DNA of 64,000 bases, taken from IMG/VR virus record IMGVR_UViG_3300025896_000030, positions 3,763 through 67,762 of that record; one strand, given 5' to 3'. The notes under the pieces were generated by a model. The model had not been told where the DNA came from. It was given only the letters and a program-made list of their open reading frames with translations, and ran no database searches. The translations under genes were made by a program, and so were the position numbers. Every line of letters starts with the position of its first letter. Position 1 is the stretch's first letter. The DNA is from a virus. Positions 29,181 through 39,229 of this stretch are shown here, in pieces.

Positions 29181-29393
29181 ATGACCGCATATATCCTCGA
29201 AACCAAGACACGCGGACACTACGTCCGCCGCAGCAATATCAATCCCGCCGTCCATGATTGGACGCATGATAAAAATGAGGCGACACAGTTCGACTCGATG
29301 ACCGAAGCCGTCCTGTTCTCCGTCTACGCAGGAATCGGTCTATATTGCGAAGTCGTCTCCGTGCACGCGCACAGAAAGGAGGTAATGCTCTAA
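29181..29393 (+). CDS. Hypothetical protein (WTxDxxxAxxF family)
   Basis: A-rich leader; WTHDKNEATQF. Confidence 0.55.
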   Translation: MTAYILETKTRGHYVRRSNINPAVHDWTHDKNEATQFDSMTEAVLFSVYAGIGLYCEVVSVHAHRKEVML

Positions 29394-30010
29394 TGGCCAC
29401 GAAACGCTTGCGCATCGACCGCATCAAAAAACGCAGTTGGGTCAAGGCGAACAACGAGGACGATGTCTCCTCTGTCCATCAGCAAGGTCTGCGTGCGATG
29501 GAGGAACGCATCAAAAACTCACGTCGTGTTCCACCAGAAATCAATTCATCTTTCCTCGATCTGTATAATGTCCACCTTATAGAATTTGTGAGAAAGATGG
29601 ACGATGGCAGTTTCAAGGCGTGTCATTTTCCCAAGAAAGCGACTCATCGACTTGAGGCGACGAGTTGGAACAAGGAACCCACAGTAAATTTCAAGTCCAA
29701 GGCGTGGGCGTGCAGCGTGTGCGCGATCCCTATAAATGCCTACCTTCGTCCCACGAATATCAAGGTGAAGAAACCTTTTCCTTCCAACATCACAGCATAT
29801 AATTCCAAAGGCGCCATCGTGGGGAAACGTAATGTCCTTCTCTACGTGATCAAAGCGATGGAAGCAAAAGTGAACAAAGTGGCTGTCTCCAAAATGCTGC
29901 ATGAAGAATGCGACCAGCTATACAGGAACTTGATTCGTGCCAGTCGCATTCTCGCACAGAGAAAAGGCTACAGGCGCATCAAGCTCTCGACACCCTTTTC
30001 GTTGACATGA
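29393..30010 (+). CDS. Hypothetical basic protein
   Basis: TAATG coupling to upstream ORF. Confidence 0.5.
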   Translation: MATKRLRIDRIKKRSWVKANNEDDVSSVHQQGLRAMEERIKNSRRVPPEINSSFLDLYNVHLIEFVRKMDDGSFKACHFPKKATHRLEATSWNKEPTVNFKSKAWACSVCAIPINAYLRPTNIKVKKPFPSNITAYNSKGAIVGKRNVLLYVIKAMEAKVNKVAVSKMLHEECDQLYRNLIRASRILAQRKGYRRIKLSTPFSLT

Positions 30011-30054
30011 TTACTCGCATGTAACATCCTGTCACATTTCAGCTCCTCTCGTCT

Positions 30055-30771
30055 ATGTCCTCCTCTGTGCTTTCTAGGTTCCAAAATTATGTGCTTTCGG
30101 AAACATATGTGGAACTGCAACCTATCATTTTCCGAATAATACATAAGTTCCACAGTAGGTATGGAATTCCTCTGGAAGACCTCGTCCCTGTAGCTCACAA
30201 GTCTTTCGTGCGATCGTGCATGAGATACGATCGCACGAAAGGAACCGCGCTGTCGTCTTGGGTCTACCAAAAACTATGGGGCGACCTAATGGACTTTACG
30301 CGCACCGAGACACGATGGCGCAGACATCACGCGTCTCTCGAGGAACTCGTTTCCGACATCGAGGAGCGGGCGAGCAGAGTGGAGACGCTGCTGCCTAAGA
30401 CGCATCCTGACACCTTTATGACAGAGTTAAAGGATCGACTGAGCGCCAATGCTCAGGTCGTCGTCAAAATCGTTCTCGAATCTCCCAAAGCGTTTTCCAA
30501 AAAGTGCGCAAAGAAAAATGTAAGGACAAGCTCTGCCTTGAAGCGAGCCTTGCAGGCGTACCTGAGGGAAATGGGATGGCAGTCCTCAAAAATAAAACAG
30601 ACGTTCGAGGAGTTGATCGAGACCTTGCAGCCTGAAAAACCCGAACCTGAGAACGAGGACAGAGTAAGACGGCGAATGCACAGGTTGAAAATGAAGCGAC
30701 AACATCCCATCCTTCGCGATATGGGAATGTCGAAGGACAAAGTACGATTTTTAATCCATGACGGAGCCTAA
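30055..30771 (+). CDS. Sigma70-family RNA polymerase sigma factor-like protein
   Basis: Region 2 pattern EDLV..A..SFVRSCMRYDRTKGTALSSWVYQKLWGDLMDFTR. Confidence 0.7.
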   Translation: MSSSVLSRFQNYVLSETYVELQPIIFRIIHKFHSRYGIPLEDLVPVAHKSFVRSCMRYDRTKGTALSSWVYQKLWGDLMDFTRTETRWRRHHASLEELVSDIEERASRVETLLPKTHPDTFMTELKDRLSANAQVVVKIVLESPKAFSKKCAKKNVRTSSALKRALQAYLREMGWQSSKIKQTFEELIETLQPEKPEPENEDRVRRRMHRLKMKRQHPILRDMGMSKDKVRFLIHDGA

Positions 30772-32137
30772 GAAGTACCAACTACAGGGAGCACAACTGA
30801 TTCACAAATTTGGAGGACGTGCGCTGCTAGCTGACGAGATGGGACTGGGTAAATCTTTCCAGTCTCTCTACTACGCGAGCAAGGTTCCTTCTCGTCGTCC
30901 CATCGTCGTCGTCTGCCCCGCTCAGCTCAAGTGGCAGTGGCGCGATGAGGCATGGAATCATCTCCGGATGAAAAGCGATATTCTCTCAGGGAGAATTCCA
31001 AAAAAAGACAGAGTGGAAAAGAAAGCTCACGAGGAACTCGTGATCGTGAATTACGACATTTTGGAACACTGGAATAATTGGATTATCTCACTCAAGCCCC
31101 AGATCATCATATTTGACGAGGCGCAGGCTGTGTCGAATCGCACCTCGCTCAAATACAAACACCTCCATCGACTGATTCAGGAGGCGCAGATACCTACCCG
31201 CATCGCACTGACAGGCACGCCGCTGTCTAATCGACCTGCTGAGCTGTGGTCGATTCTCCATTTATTGCGTCCTGATGCATTCGCCTCCTTCACTAATTTT
31301 GGAATGCATTACTGCAATCCAAAAATGGAACGAGGCAAGATCGAATTTACGGGCGCCCACAATCTCGCCGGACTGCACAAGAAACTTAAAGAGTTCGTCA
31401 TGATTCGCAGAGTGAAGGAGGACGTGGCGTCAGAGCTTCCTCCTAAGTCTCGCGCAACCATCTCCTTCGAGATGACCAAGGCGCAGAGGAAAGAGTACGA
31501 TCTATGCGACAGGAATTTCCTGAAATGGATCATGATCAATTATCCTGATCGCGTGCACAAGATCAGGGCAGCACAAGACAGGGAAGAAAACGAGGCGAAG
31601 AAAGGAGGAATTCATTTAGGCTACAAGCTCCGTCTGTGCGGGGAACTCAAGCGCGATCTGACTAAAGCGTGGATCGACAATTTCCTAGCGGGGTCGGAGA
31701 AAAAACTCATCGTGTTTTCGCAGTCCCTTTCCACGCTCGCTTGGTTCCATTCTAAGTACCCCGAAATCTCCGTCGTGATAGACGGAGGCGTGACAGGGCA
31801 GAAAAGACACGAGGCCGTGCAAGCGTTCCAGAGAAACAAGAAAATCAGACTGTCCTTCTCCCAGCACAAAGCAGGCGGCGTTGGAGTCACGATGCACGCA
31901 GCGTCCAACGTCGTGTATCATGACTATCCTTGGGACGCAGCCACGCTGCTACAAGGAGAAGATCGCGTGCATCGAATCGGCCAAACAGAGAAATGCTTCA
32001 TCTGGTATCTCACGTTCGCCGACACAGTGGAAAAACACGTTCTCTCCGTCCTCAACAGAAAACAGGACATTCTCACTCAAGTGCTAGATGGAAGAAAAAG
32101 GCAAAAGCATGAAAAAGCTAAAATCATCACGGCGTAA
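30758..32137 (+). CDS. SNF2-family helicase
   Basis: LLADEMGLGKS, FDEAQ, LTGTP..NRPAELW, GEDRVHRIGQ. Confidence 0.92.
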   Translation: MTEPKKYQLQGAQLIHKFGGRALLADEMGLGKSFQSLYYASKVPSRRPIVVVCPAQLKWQWRDEAWNHLRMKSDILSGRIPKKDRVEKKAHEELVIVNYDILEHWNNWIISLKPQIIIFDEAQAVSNRTSLKYKHLHRLIQEAQIPTRIALTGTPLSNRPAELWSILHLLRPDAFASFTNFGMHYCNPKMERGKIEFTGAHNLAGLHKKLKEFVMIRRVKEDVASELPPKSRATISFEMTKAQRKEYDLCDRNFLKWIMINYPDRVHKIRAAQDREENEAKKGGIHLGYKLRLCGELKRDLTKAWIDNFLAGSEKKLIVFSQSLSTLAWFHSKYPEISVVIDGGVTGQKRHEAVQAFQRNKKIRLSFSQHKAGGVGVTMHAASNVVYHDYPWDAATLLQGEDRVHRIGQTEKCFIWYLTFADTVEKHVLSVLNRKQDILTQVLDGRKRQKHEKAKIITA

Positions 32138-32336
32138 GGGCTCGTACTATCTCCGCGACGTCGATCCCGACCTCCTCGACATGTTCAAGGCGGTCTGTTT
32201 CAGACGCGGACGCACGATCAAAGGAATGCTCGTCGCCCTCATCAAGGAGACGACGTTGCCCACACCTGTGCCCCGGGGACGTCATGAGATCATCGACGTC
32301 CCTCGATTGTCGCACACCCACAGATTTCCAAGATAG
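32109..32336 (+). CDS. Small ribbon-helix-helix-like protein
   Basis: YYLRDVDPDLLDMFKAVCFRRGRTIKGMLVALIKE. Confidence 0.5.
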   Translation: MKKLKSSRRKGSYYLRDVDPDLLDMFKAVCFRRGRTIKGMLVALIKETTLPTPVPRGRHEIIDVPRLSHTHRFPR

Positions 32337-32361
32337 TCACCACTCGATCACAAACGAGTAT

Positions 32362-33261
32362 ATGACCTTTCAGGAAATCCTCGACAGATATGGCGTAGAG
32401 CATTCAGTCAACCCTTCTCGACCCGGTTGGGTACAGTTCGACTGCCCTTGGTGTGGACGACGCGAGACCCCATATATGGGTTGGCGATCGGGAACAGGCG
32501 TTTGCTACTGTTGGAAATGCAGAGCGCATTCTGTCTTCGAGGTCGTGCGCGAGATCAGCAACCTTCCTACCCGGGAAGTCAAAAGGCTGATCGAGGGAAT
32601 AGGAGACGACATCGCACCTGTCGATGAGCAGGATGTCCGAGGACGTCTTGTGCTGCCTTCTCCCTTCGACGATCCTTTCCCCGCTCGTCATCGCCGTTAT
32701 CTCGAGGAGGAACGAGGTCTCAGCTTCGATTTCTGCATTAATACCATTCAAATAAAGGCTCTTTCTGCCTTCGCGAGGGTGAAGACACCGGATGGGCGAA
32801 AAATTCGCTTAGATTGGCGTATTTTCATTCCGTACATACTTGGAGGGAAGATTGTGAGCTGGACAACGCGTGCGCTCAAGGCAAGCGATCCGATGCGATA
32901 TTTTGGAGCTCCAGCGAATTGCGAGGCGATCAACAGGAAGGACCTCTTGTTCATGGAGGACCTAGCAAATTATTCTGTGTGTGTCGTGGAAGGAGAATTC
33001 GACGCGATCAAAGTGGGAGCGGGCTGCGTAGCGACAGGAGGGATCGCGTACAAGCCCGCGCAGGTCAGGCGGATCGCTCGATTTCCCATTCGAGGGGTGT
33101 GGTTCGACAACGAGGCAGGTGCGCAGGAAAGAGCAGCTGAGCTTGTGGCGGAGCTGAAATTGTTCCCCGGCGAAACGTATCTGATTCAGGGCGACTCTAA
33201 AGACCCGGGTTGCGCGTCCCAGCGAGAAATTAAGCATGTCAGAAATTTTCTAAAACTATGA
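32362..33261 (+). CDS. dnaG: DNA primase (Zn finger plus TOPRIM)
   Basis: CPWC..CWKC, YLEEERG, VVEGEFDAI, WFDNE..KDPG. Confidence 0.8.
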   Translation: MTFQEILDRYGVEHSVNPSRPGWVQFDCPWCGRRETPYMGWRSGTGVCYCWKCRAHSVFEVVREISNLPTREVKRLIEGIGDDIAPVDEQDVRGRLVLPSPFDDPFPARHRRYLEEERGLSFDFCINTIQIKALSAFARVKTPDGRKIRLDWRIFIPYILGGKIVSWTTRALKASDPMRYFGAPANCEAINRKDLLFMEDLANYSVCVVEGEFDAIKVGAGCVATGGIAYKPAQVRRIARFPIRGVWFDNEAGAQERAAELVAELKLFPGETYLIQGDSKDPGCASQREIKHVRNFLKL

Positions 33262-34517
33262 GCAACGATTCGGATGATAATGAAATCAAGACAAGCCGCG
33301 CTGCTGTCGCCGCGTTTTATCAGGACAGCATGTGGTTCAGGTTCCATAAAAGTTTGCTTCGTGTGATGAGTGGAGACGAAGCCATTCTATTGTCAGCTAT
33401 TTTGAACGTGTATGGAATGGAAGGAGGCAACTGGAAAAGGATGTCCGTAGATAAATTGGAAAAGGAAACATACATGGACAAAAGAAAACAAGGCAGAGTA
33501 ATCAGGATGTTGGAAGAGAAAGGTTTTCTTCAGAGCAGATTTGAAGGGGATGGAAAAGAAGCAGGTGCCAAAAGATACATAGCACTAAATTGGGACAAAT
33601 TGTCCAAAACACTCAAGGACTACGTTGTCCAAATTTCTGATAGTACAAAAAGTTGTACTATCATGTTGCATGGTGTTGTACATGATAGTACAAAAAGTTG
33701 TACTATCGCAACCCCGCTTGCACCCTCGCGTGTGCGCGCGTACGCGAAAGAAATCTCTGAAAAGAAACACACACACGCTGCGCCCAAGCACGCAGCTGTT
33801 GGAGTTTTTGACTCAGAACCTCCTTTTGAGCTCAGAGTAACGAAACACCTGTCTGAGATCATCTCTAAAAATCTCCAAATAAACGTACCTGCTAATTCAG
33901 GTCAGGCGAAATATATCCATGATTTGATAGCATTCAAAGGAATATCGAAGGACAGAATTTCCCGCGTACTAGAGTGGTACGAAAACAACTGTGGAGATAA
34001 ATACGTCCCTGTAATTGGAAGCATACGGGATTTCAAACTCAAGTTCGTAAATTTGGAACAAGCGATGTTACGAGCAGAAGGACCTGCAAACAATGTGATT
34101 CCTCCTGCTGTCGTGAAAATTTACGACGCGCTTGTGGAGTCCGAAGACATGCCCGCCAGCCTGATCCCCAAACTAAATTCCGTCCTTGTTCCCACTTACA
34201 ATCTCGTCAAACCTTGGTATGACAAGTTGAGTGTCCTTGTTGAAAGATGTGCAAAATTGGGATCTTTTGGGAAAATAATCGACGACATAGAAAAGACCCT
34301 GTTCCCCACAGGGTTGAGGGGTTTTCTCATCGGGTACATGGAGGAAAATATAATTCGCCTCAGTCAATGGGACGACTGGAATGGAGAAATAAAGCACCTT
34401 ACCCTAGACACTAATTCCAAATGGGAAAAACATGCTCGTCGAACATTGTCTGAGGAGGGTTATTCAGAATCCACGATTGATGAATTGTTCCAAGCGATTA
34501 AGACCTTGAACAAATGA
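33258..34517 (+). CDS. Putative replication initiator with winged HTH
   Basis: MSGDEAILLSAI..LEKETYM..QGRVIRMLEEKGFL wHTH; between primase and DnaB; internal palindromic repeats. Confidence 0.6.
   Translation: MSNDSDDNEIKTSRAAVAAFYQDSMWFRFHKSLLRVMSGDEAILLSAILNVYGMEGGNWKRMSVDKLEKETYMDKRKQGRVIRMLEEKGFLQSRFEGDGKEAGAKRYIALNWDKLSKTLKDYVVQISDSTKSCTIMLHGVVHDSTKSCTIATPLAPSRVRAYAKEISEKKHTHAAPKHAAVGVFDSEPPFELRVTKHLSEIISKNLQINVPANSGQAKYIHDLIAFKGISKDRISRVLEWYENNCGDKYVPVIGSIRDFKLKFVNLEQAMLRAEGPANNVIPPAVVKIYDALVESEDMPASLIPKLNSVLVPTYNLVKPWYDKLSVLVERCAKLGSFGKIIDDIEKTLFPTGLRGFLIGYMEENIIRLSQWDDWNGEIKHLTLDTNSKWEKHARRTLSEEGYSESTIDELFQAIKTLNK
33639..33707. repeat. Two identical 24-bp palindromes (candidate origin iterons)
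   Basis: gatagtacaa-aaag-ttgtactatc at 33639-33662 and 33684-33707. Confidence 0.75.
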
Positions 34518-35905
34518 AGATTGAGCAGGCTTCGGGCAAGGAGGAAAGAAGTATTCTTATCGGCATGATCGTGGACAAGCATGTCCTAGGTCGTGTTGCT
34601 TCACGGTGGGATTCGCACTTGTTCGAGACTCGATGGGCGAACACGATTTCCGAATTGTGCGTAAAGTATTTCCAACGCTACAAAGATGCGCCTGCCAAAC
34701 AGATTCAGAGTCTGTTCGAGGCATGGTCTTCGGAGACTCGCGACAAGGAAGCGACAGGCTTGATCGGGAAGTTTTTAGCGTCCTTGTCGGACGAATACGA
34801 GCAGCTTGAAAAAGAGTCCAATTCACCCTACCTGATCGACTTGGCGGGTCGACATTTCAATCAAGTAAAGCTCAAGCGACTAGCGCGAAGAATTGAAGGA
34901 CACATCGACCAAGGAAAGATAGAAAACGCTCTGCGTGCTGTGTCTGATTTTGGCACAGGCGTTCACATTGGAGCACAAGCGACAGTGGATGTTTTCAACG
35001 ATTTGGAAGCACTGTCGCGAGCCTTTTCCGAGCGTGCAGAACCCTTGATCACGCTGCGGGGGGATCTGGGTAAATTCTTTGGAAGATCGTTGCAGCGTGA
35101 AGGATTCATTTGCTTGATGGGTCCTGAAAAGAGAGGTAAGACTGCGTGGCTCGTTTATCTTTCTACCGAGGCTGCGAAGCAGCGAAAGAAGGTGGCATTT
35201 TTCGCAGTGGGAGACGAAAGCGAAGAGGAAATGATGCTGCGTTTTTCCGTGCTTGTTTCCAAGCATTCTCTGTTCCCCGACACGTTCAATTATCCCACCT
35301 CCCTGAAATATGAAGGGAAGAAAATAGAGGTTGAGCATGAGGAATGGGAGTTCGAGAAACCTCTGTCAGAACGCCAAGCCAAGCGTGCTTTCAGCCGTTT
35401 GAAATCGGAGAGAATCAAGAGCCAGAAAGAATATCTGCGTCTTTCTGTCCATCCCAATTCATCCCTCTCGATCGAGATGATCGACGATCTCCTGACCCAA
35501 TGGGAAACTGAAGGGTTCGTGCCTGATGTGGTCGTCGTCGATTATATGGACATTCTGCTGGAAACGGGAGGCTCGTCTGACGCTCGCGATAGGATCAACG
35601 CGACGTGGAAAGCATTTCGGGGACTCATGCAGAAAAGGAAGACATTAGGTCTGACAGCGACCCAAGCGAATGCAGCCTCGTATAAGGAAGGTCTGCTTTC
35701 TCGCGCCAATTTTTCGGAGGACAAGCGCAAGCTCGCTCACGTTACGGGGATGGTCGGACTCAATCAGACCAAGGAGGAGTACGGGAAGGAAATAATGCGC
35801 CTAAACTGGATTGTTCGTCGTGGCTTCCGCGCTAATCCCAAGCATGTCTGCCACTGTGCGATGTGCCTCGAGATCGCCAATCCTGCTGTGCTTTCCCTGT
35901 ACTGA
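34514..35905 (+). CDS. dnaB: DnaB-like replicative helicase
   Basis: GPEKRGKT Walker A, PDVVVVDYMD, TATQAN, SEDKRK. Confidence 0.8.
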   Translation: MKIEQASGKEERSILIGMIVDKHVLGRVASRWDSHLFETRWANTISELCVKYFQRYKDAPAKQIQSLFEAWSSETRDKEATGLIGKFLASLSDEYEQLEKESNSPYLIDLAGRHFNQVKLKRLARRIEGHIDQGKIENALRAVSDFGTGVHIGAQATVDVFNDLEALSRAFSERAEPLITLRGDLGKFFGRSLQREGFICLMGPEKRGKTAWLVYLSTEAAKQRKKVAFFAVGDESEEEMMLRFSVLVSKHSLFPDTFNYPTSLKYEGKKIEVEHEEWEFEKPLSERQAKRAFSRLKSERIKSQKEYLRLSVHPNSSLSIEMIDDLLTQWETEGFVPDVVVVDYMDILLETGGSSDARDRINATWKAFRGLMQKRKTLGLTATQANAASYKEGLLSRANFSEDKRKLAHVTGMVGLNQTKEEYGKEIMRLNWIVRRGFRANPKHVCHCAMCLEIANPAVLSLY

Positions 35906-35980
35906 CAGGTGGAATAATTTTCGTAAGTGGTTGGACAGTGGAAGTAACTGTAATGGTGGCAAAGATTGGGAAATTTCCAC

Positions 35981-36009
35981 TTTACTTTCCAACCATCCAT
36001 GTCGATGTT
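35981..36009 (+). promoter_or_regulatory. Putative promoter TTTACT-N17-GATGTT, ATG 6 nt downstream
   Basis: Shares ttccactttactttcc and spacing with the 56639 site. Confidence 0.55.
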
Positions 36010-36015
36010 TTCGCC

Positions 36016-36216
36016 ATGAACAGAAGCCAACTCCTCGAACACGTTCGAGATCACTTCCAAGCCGACGAGGCTTGTTTTCGGGATGGCGTTCTCTGGCTCA
36101 AGGGATACGCGTGTCTGATTACGGAAATAAGACACGATGCGTGGACAGAGACAACGTGGACGGAATCGCTCTGCCGCGCATTGATCTGCCCACCTGTTCC
36201 CGCCTCCACCCGATAA
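36016..36216 (+). CDS. Hypothetical protein (probably leaderless)
   Basis: ATG directly after predicted promoter. Confidence 0.45.
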   Translation: MNRSQLLEHVRDHFQADEACFRDGVLWLKGYACLITEIRHDAWTETTWTESLCRALICPPVPASTR

Positions 36217-36258
36217 GTTATTTCCGTCCAACAAAAACCACCAACAGAAAGATAAAAC

Positions 36259-36846
36259 ATGAAAGTCCAACTGAAAGCCGCCCAGGCGTTGTTTCTCGCG
36301 CTTGGTCTCAACAATGCTCCGAAATACACTGTGGAGCAGTGCAATAAAAAGATGAGCGAACTCCTCAAGGTCATCCATGACCCCGAGGAAGTCGATCCCA
36401 ACGCATTGTCCGCCGCCGAGGATAAGGCTCTCCTCAAAAAGCTCCGTAAGGCTGCCGCAGCCGACGAGCCTGTCGAAGTCGTGGCGAATGACGCAGCCGA
36501 CGAGCCTGTCGAAGCGCCTGCCGCCAAGCCGACCAAAGCCTCGAAAGAAAAGCCCACCGCTAAAAAGGAAGCTGAGAAGCCGACCAAGAAGGTCGCCGAA
36601 AAAGCACCTGCGAAGAAGGAGCCCAAGCTCCCTGCTCATCGCGACAAGTTCGGCTCCCGCGAGGGGTCGGGCGGATCGAAGATCAACGCCGTGTTGACGC
36701 GCATGCCTCAGACCACTGACGAGATCACTGAAGCCTCGGGCGTTCTCAAGGCGACGGTGCAGGAGCACTTGTGGAAGCTTCGCAAGGTGCTGAAAGTTGC
36801 CGACCGCAACGAAAAGGGATGGTATCTTCTGCCGACGAAGAAGTAA
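36259..36846 (+). CDS. Histone H1-like K/A/P-rich protein with C-terminal winged helix
   Basis: PAAKPTKASKEKPTAKK stretch; TTDEITEASGVLKATVQEHLWKL HTH. Confidence 0.55.
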   Translation: MKVQLKAAQALFLALGLNNAPKYTVEQCNKKMSELLKVIHDPEEVDPNALSAAEDKALLKKLRKAAAADEPVEVVANDAADEPVEAPAAKPTKASKEKPTAKKEAEKPTKKVAEKAPAKKEPKLPAHRDKFGSREGSGGSKINAVLTRMPQTTDEITEASGVLKATVQEHLWKLRKVLKVADRNEKGWYLLPTKK

Positions 36847-36872
36847 CTTGCCTTTTCTGCTTCCAAGCGATT

Positions 36873-36903
36873 AAAGAGAGGTCTAAACAACCTCTCTTTT
36901 TTT
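36873..36903 (+). terminator. Rho-independent terminator
   Basis: aaagagaggt / acctctcttt plus T-run. Confidence 0.65.
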
Positions 36904-37392
36904 ATGGCGATAAACATTCCTCTAGCCTTAGCCAACGCCAACAGTCATCGTCTTTCGTGCACGAAGCTCTACGTTGACTTTCCTTTTGCCCACCGCCAAC
37001 ACATGCACGATGGACATTGTAGCAAGATCCACGGGCACAATTGGAGCTTTGAATTTACCTTCACCGCTGATCATGTCGATTCGTGCGGCTTCGTCATCGA
37101 CTTCGGGAAAATGCAGTGGCTCAAAGGATGGCTTACTAAATGGTTCGATCACACCTTGGTTTTGAATTCTACTGATCCCCATTTGGACTATATAAGGAAA
37201 TCGCTCGATGACGTGCCTTTGGCAGACATCATGGTCGTCCCAGACGCCTCCTGTGAAGGACTCGCGAAGTGGATTTTTGAGCAGGTGGATCTTTTGATCC
37301 TCGAGCATGTGGGAGTCAGTCGAGGTGTGCGACTGATCAGGGTCACCGTCAAGGAGGACAGCAAAAATTCAGCGACCTGGGAGGTTCTGTGA
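36904..37392 (+). CDS. queD: 6-carboxy-5,6,7,8-tetrahydropterin synthase
   Basis: FAHRQ, CSKIHGHNW, IDFG, FDHTLVLN, VKED. Confidence 0.9.
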   Translation: MAINIPLALANANSHRLSCTKLYVDFPFAHRQHMHDGHCSKIHGHNWSFEFTFTADHVDSCGFVIDFGKMQWLKGWLTKWFDHTLVLNSTDPHLDYIRKSLDDVPLADIMVVPDASCEGLAKWIFEQVDLLILEHVGVSRGVRLIRVTVKEDSKNSATWEVL

Positions 37393-37628
37393 GTTCCAAC
37401 AAAAACATATTGGTCGATTTTTCCAATATAGCTAACGAGACCATCGACAAGGCTAAATCGGGAACGCGCATCGATCGCACAGACATCACCGATCGAGCCC
37501 GCAAGAAACTGGGCAAGGATGCGTTCACCGACATGAACGCGCATGACATGCTTACCGTCTTGTGTCGTGCCCGCTCCGATGTGGTCGTTATCAAAAAGGG
37601 CAAGGAAGGGGGAACATTCAAGCGATGA
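37389..37628 (+). CDS. Hypothetical protein
   Basis: Coupled on both sides by 4-nt overlaps. Confidence 0.5.
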   Translation: MSSNKNILVDFSNIANETIDKAKSGTRIDRTDITDRARKKLGKDAFTDMNAHDMLTVLCRARSDVVVIKKGKEGGTFKR

Positions 37629-38338
37629 AACACCTTCCTGTGCATGAGCGTTTTCTGTCCTTCCAAGGCGAAGGTGTGCATATGGGACGGGCGGCTTTCT
37701 TCATCCGCCTGTTCGGCTGTCCTCTGCATTGTCCCTGGTGCGATTCAGCGGGCACGTGGCATAAGGACTATGTGCCCGACAAGGTCGATAAATTTACTCC
37801 TGCCCAATTGGTGCAAGAGGTGCTGGAGACAGAAGCTAAATTTGTCGTCATCACCGGGGGCGAACCCGCCATCCATGATTTGATGGATCTCACTGTCTTG
37901 TTCCTCAGTTTTGATATTCGCGTCCATATCGAGACATCGGGAGCGTTCCCGCTAAAGGGAATGTTCGATTGGGTGACCGTCAGTCCAAAGCGCGCCAAGG
38001 CTCCTTTGCCTGAGGTGCTGCATTTGGCAAACGAGTTCAAGCTCATCATCGAGGGCAAGGATGACATCGCGTACTGGATGAATAATTTTCTTGATGGCGC
38101 GCTGCTTGTTCGAGCGGCAGCGAACAAGGACATAAACGAACCTGCTGTCTGGCTTCATCCCGAATGGTCTAAGCGAAACGATCCTGAGGTCCTTTCGATA
38201 ATTTCCTCAACCGTTCGTGATCGAGGCGATCCTTTTCGAGCGGGTTACCAACTCCATAAACTATATCGCGCCGACTCCTTGGACAAGAGAACTTCTCCTC
38301 TCGCCCCATTGGGAGGCAACCCAAAATTAGGATATTGA
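37625..38338 (+). CDS. queE: 7-carboxy-7-deazaguanine synthase (radical SAM)
   Basis: SFQGEG..FIRLFGCPLHCPWCDS, ITGGEP, IETSG, VSPK, QLHK. Confidence 0.92.
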   Translation: MKHLPVHERFLSFQGEGVHMGRAAFFIRLFGCPLHCPWCDSAGTWHKDYVPDKVDKFTPAQLVQEVLETEAKFVVITGGEPAIHDLMDLTVLFLSFDIRVHIETSGAFPLKGMFDWVTVSPKRAKAPLPEVLHLANEFKLIIEGKDDIAYWMNNFLDGALLVRAAANKDINEPAVWLHPEWSKRNDPEVLSIISSTVRDRGDPFRAGYQLHKLYRADSLDKRTSPLAPLGGNPKLGY

Positions 38339-39229
38339 ATGAACCTTCCCGATATACAAAAAACGATCGACACGCGTGGCGTCCCGATTGATCGCGTGGG
38401 CGTGACTGGAATCAGGCTGCCCATTCGTCTTCTCCGCAAGCCTACGATGGACGAAACGTTGAAGGAAGACTGGCAGGACTCGGTAGGAGTTTTTGAGCTT
38501 TCTTGCAACCTTCCCCGCGATGTGAAGGGCACACACATGAGTCGATTTACGGAAGTGTTGATGGAACACATCGATAAGGAAAGTGGTGTATTTTCTCACA
38601 CTTCACTCGCCAAGGTCGCTGATGTGTTGATGGAAAGAATGCAGGCGTCATGTGTGGAGGTCAGTGTCAAGGCAGTGTATTTCATGCCTCAAGTCTCCCC
38701 TGTGACAGGCAGGAAAGGGATCGCGCCGATCGACGTGGGACTGTCAGTGTCACGCTACAATTTCGAGGGCACGATTGGGCTTGTGGAGGAGTGGATGACA
38801 TCGGTTCAGATCGAGGGGATGACCTGCTGTCCCTGCTCGAAGGAGATAAGTGATTACCACCATTCAACGCAAACGGGGAAAGGCGCACATAGCCAGCGGT
38901 CTATGGTGTCACTACAAATTCATCACGCTGCGTTGAATACCATTTGGTTTGAAGACCTTGCAGGCGCGATACAAGCAGCCTATTCGTCTCCTGTTTATCC
39001 GGTCCTCAAGAGACCGGATGAAAGAGCGGTGACGATTGCTGCCTACGAAAATCCCAAGTTCGTGGAGGATGTGATTAGGGATGTCGTCGTGAATCTGGGA
39101 GCACTTCACCTGAAGCAACTGGGAGGTACAGAGTCGTGGCAATGCAACGTTCGCGTGTGCAATGCTGAGAGCATCCACTACCACGACGCGTTCGCTTCCC
39201 TCGCCGTCCGCTTTCCTGCCCTGCTGTGA
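38339..39229 (+). CDS. folE2: GTP cyclohydrolase IB
   Basis: LPDIQ, IDRVGV, KGTHMSRF, CPCSKEIS..GAHSQRS, LKRPDE, NPKFVED, ESIH.HDA. Confidence 0.92.
   Translation: MNLPDIQKTIDTRGVPIDRVGVTGIRLPIRLLRKPTMDETLKEDWQDSVGVFELSCNLPRDVKGTHMSRFTEVLMEHIDKESGVFSHTSLAKVADVLMERMQASCVEVSVKAVYFMPQVSPVTGRKGIAPIDVGLSVSRYNFEGTIGLVEEWMTSVQIEGMTCCPCSKEISDYHHSTQTGKGAHSQRSMVSLQIHHAALNTIWFEDLAGAIQAAYSSPVYPVLKRPDERAVTIAAYENPKFVEDVIRDVVVNLGALHLKQLGGTESWQCNVRVCNAESIHYHDAFASLAVRFPALL

Noticed and set aside
35764-36768. 334 aa minus-strand ORF
   Set aside because: Antisense to the histone-like gene and promoter; no recognisable domain
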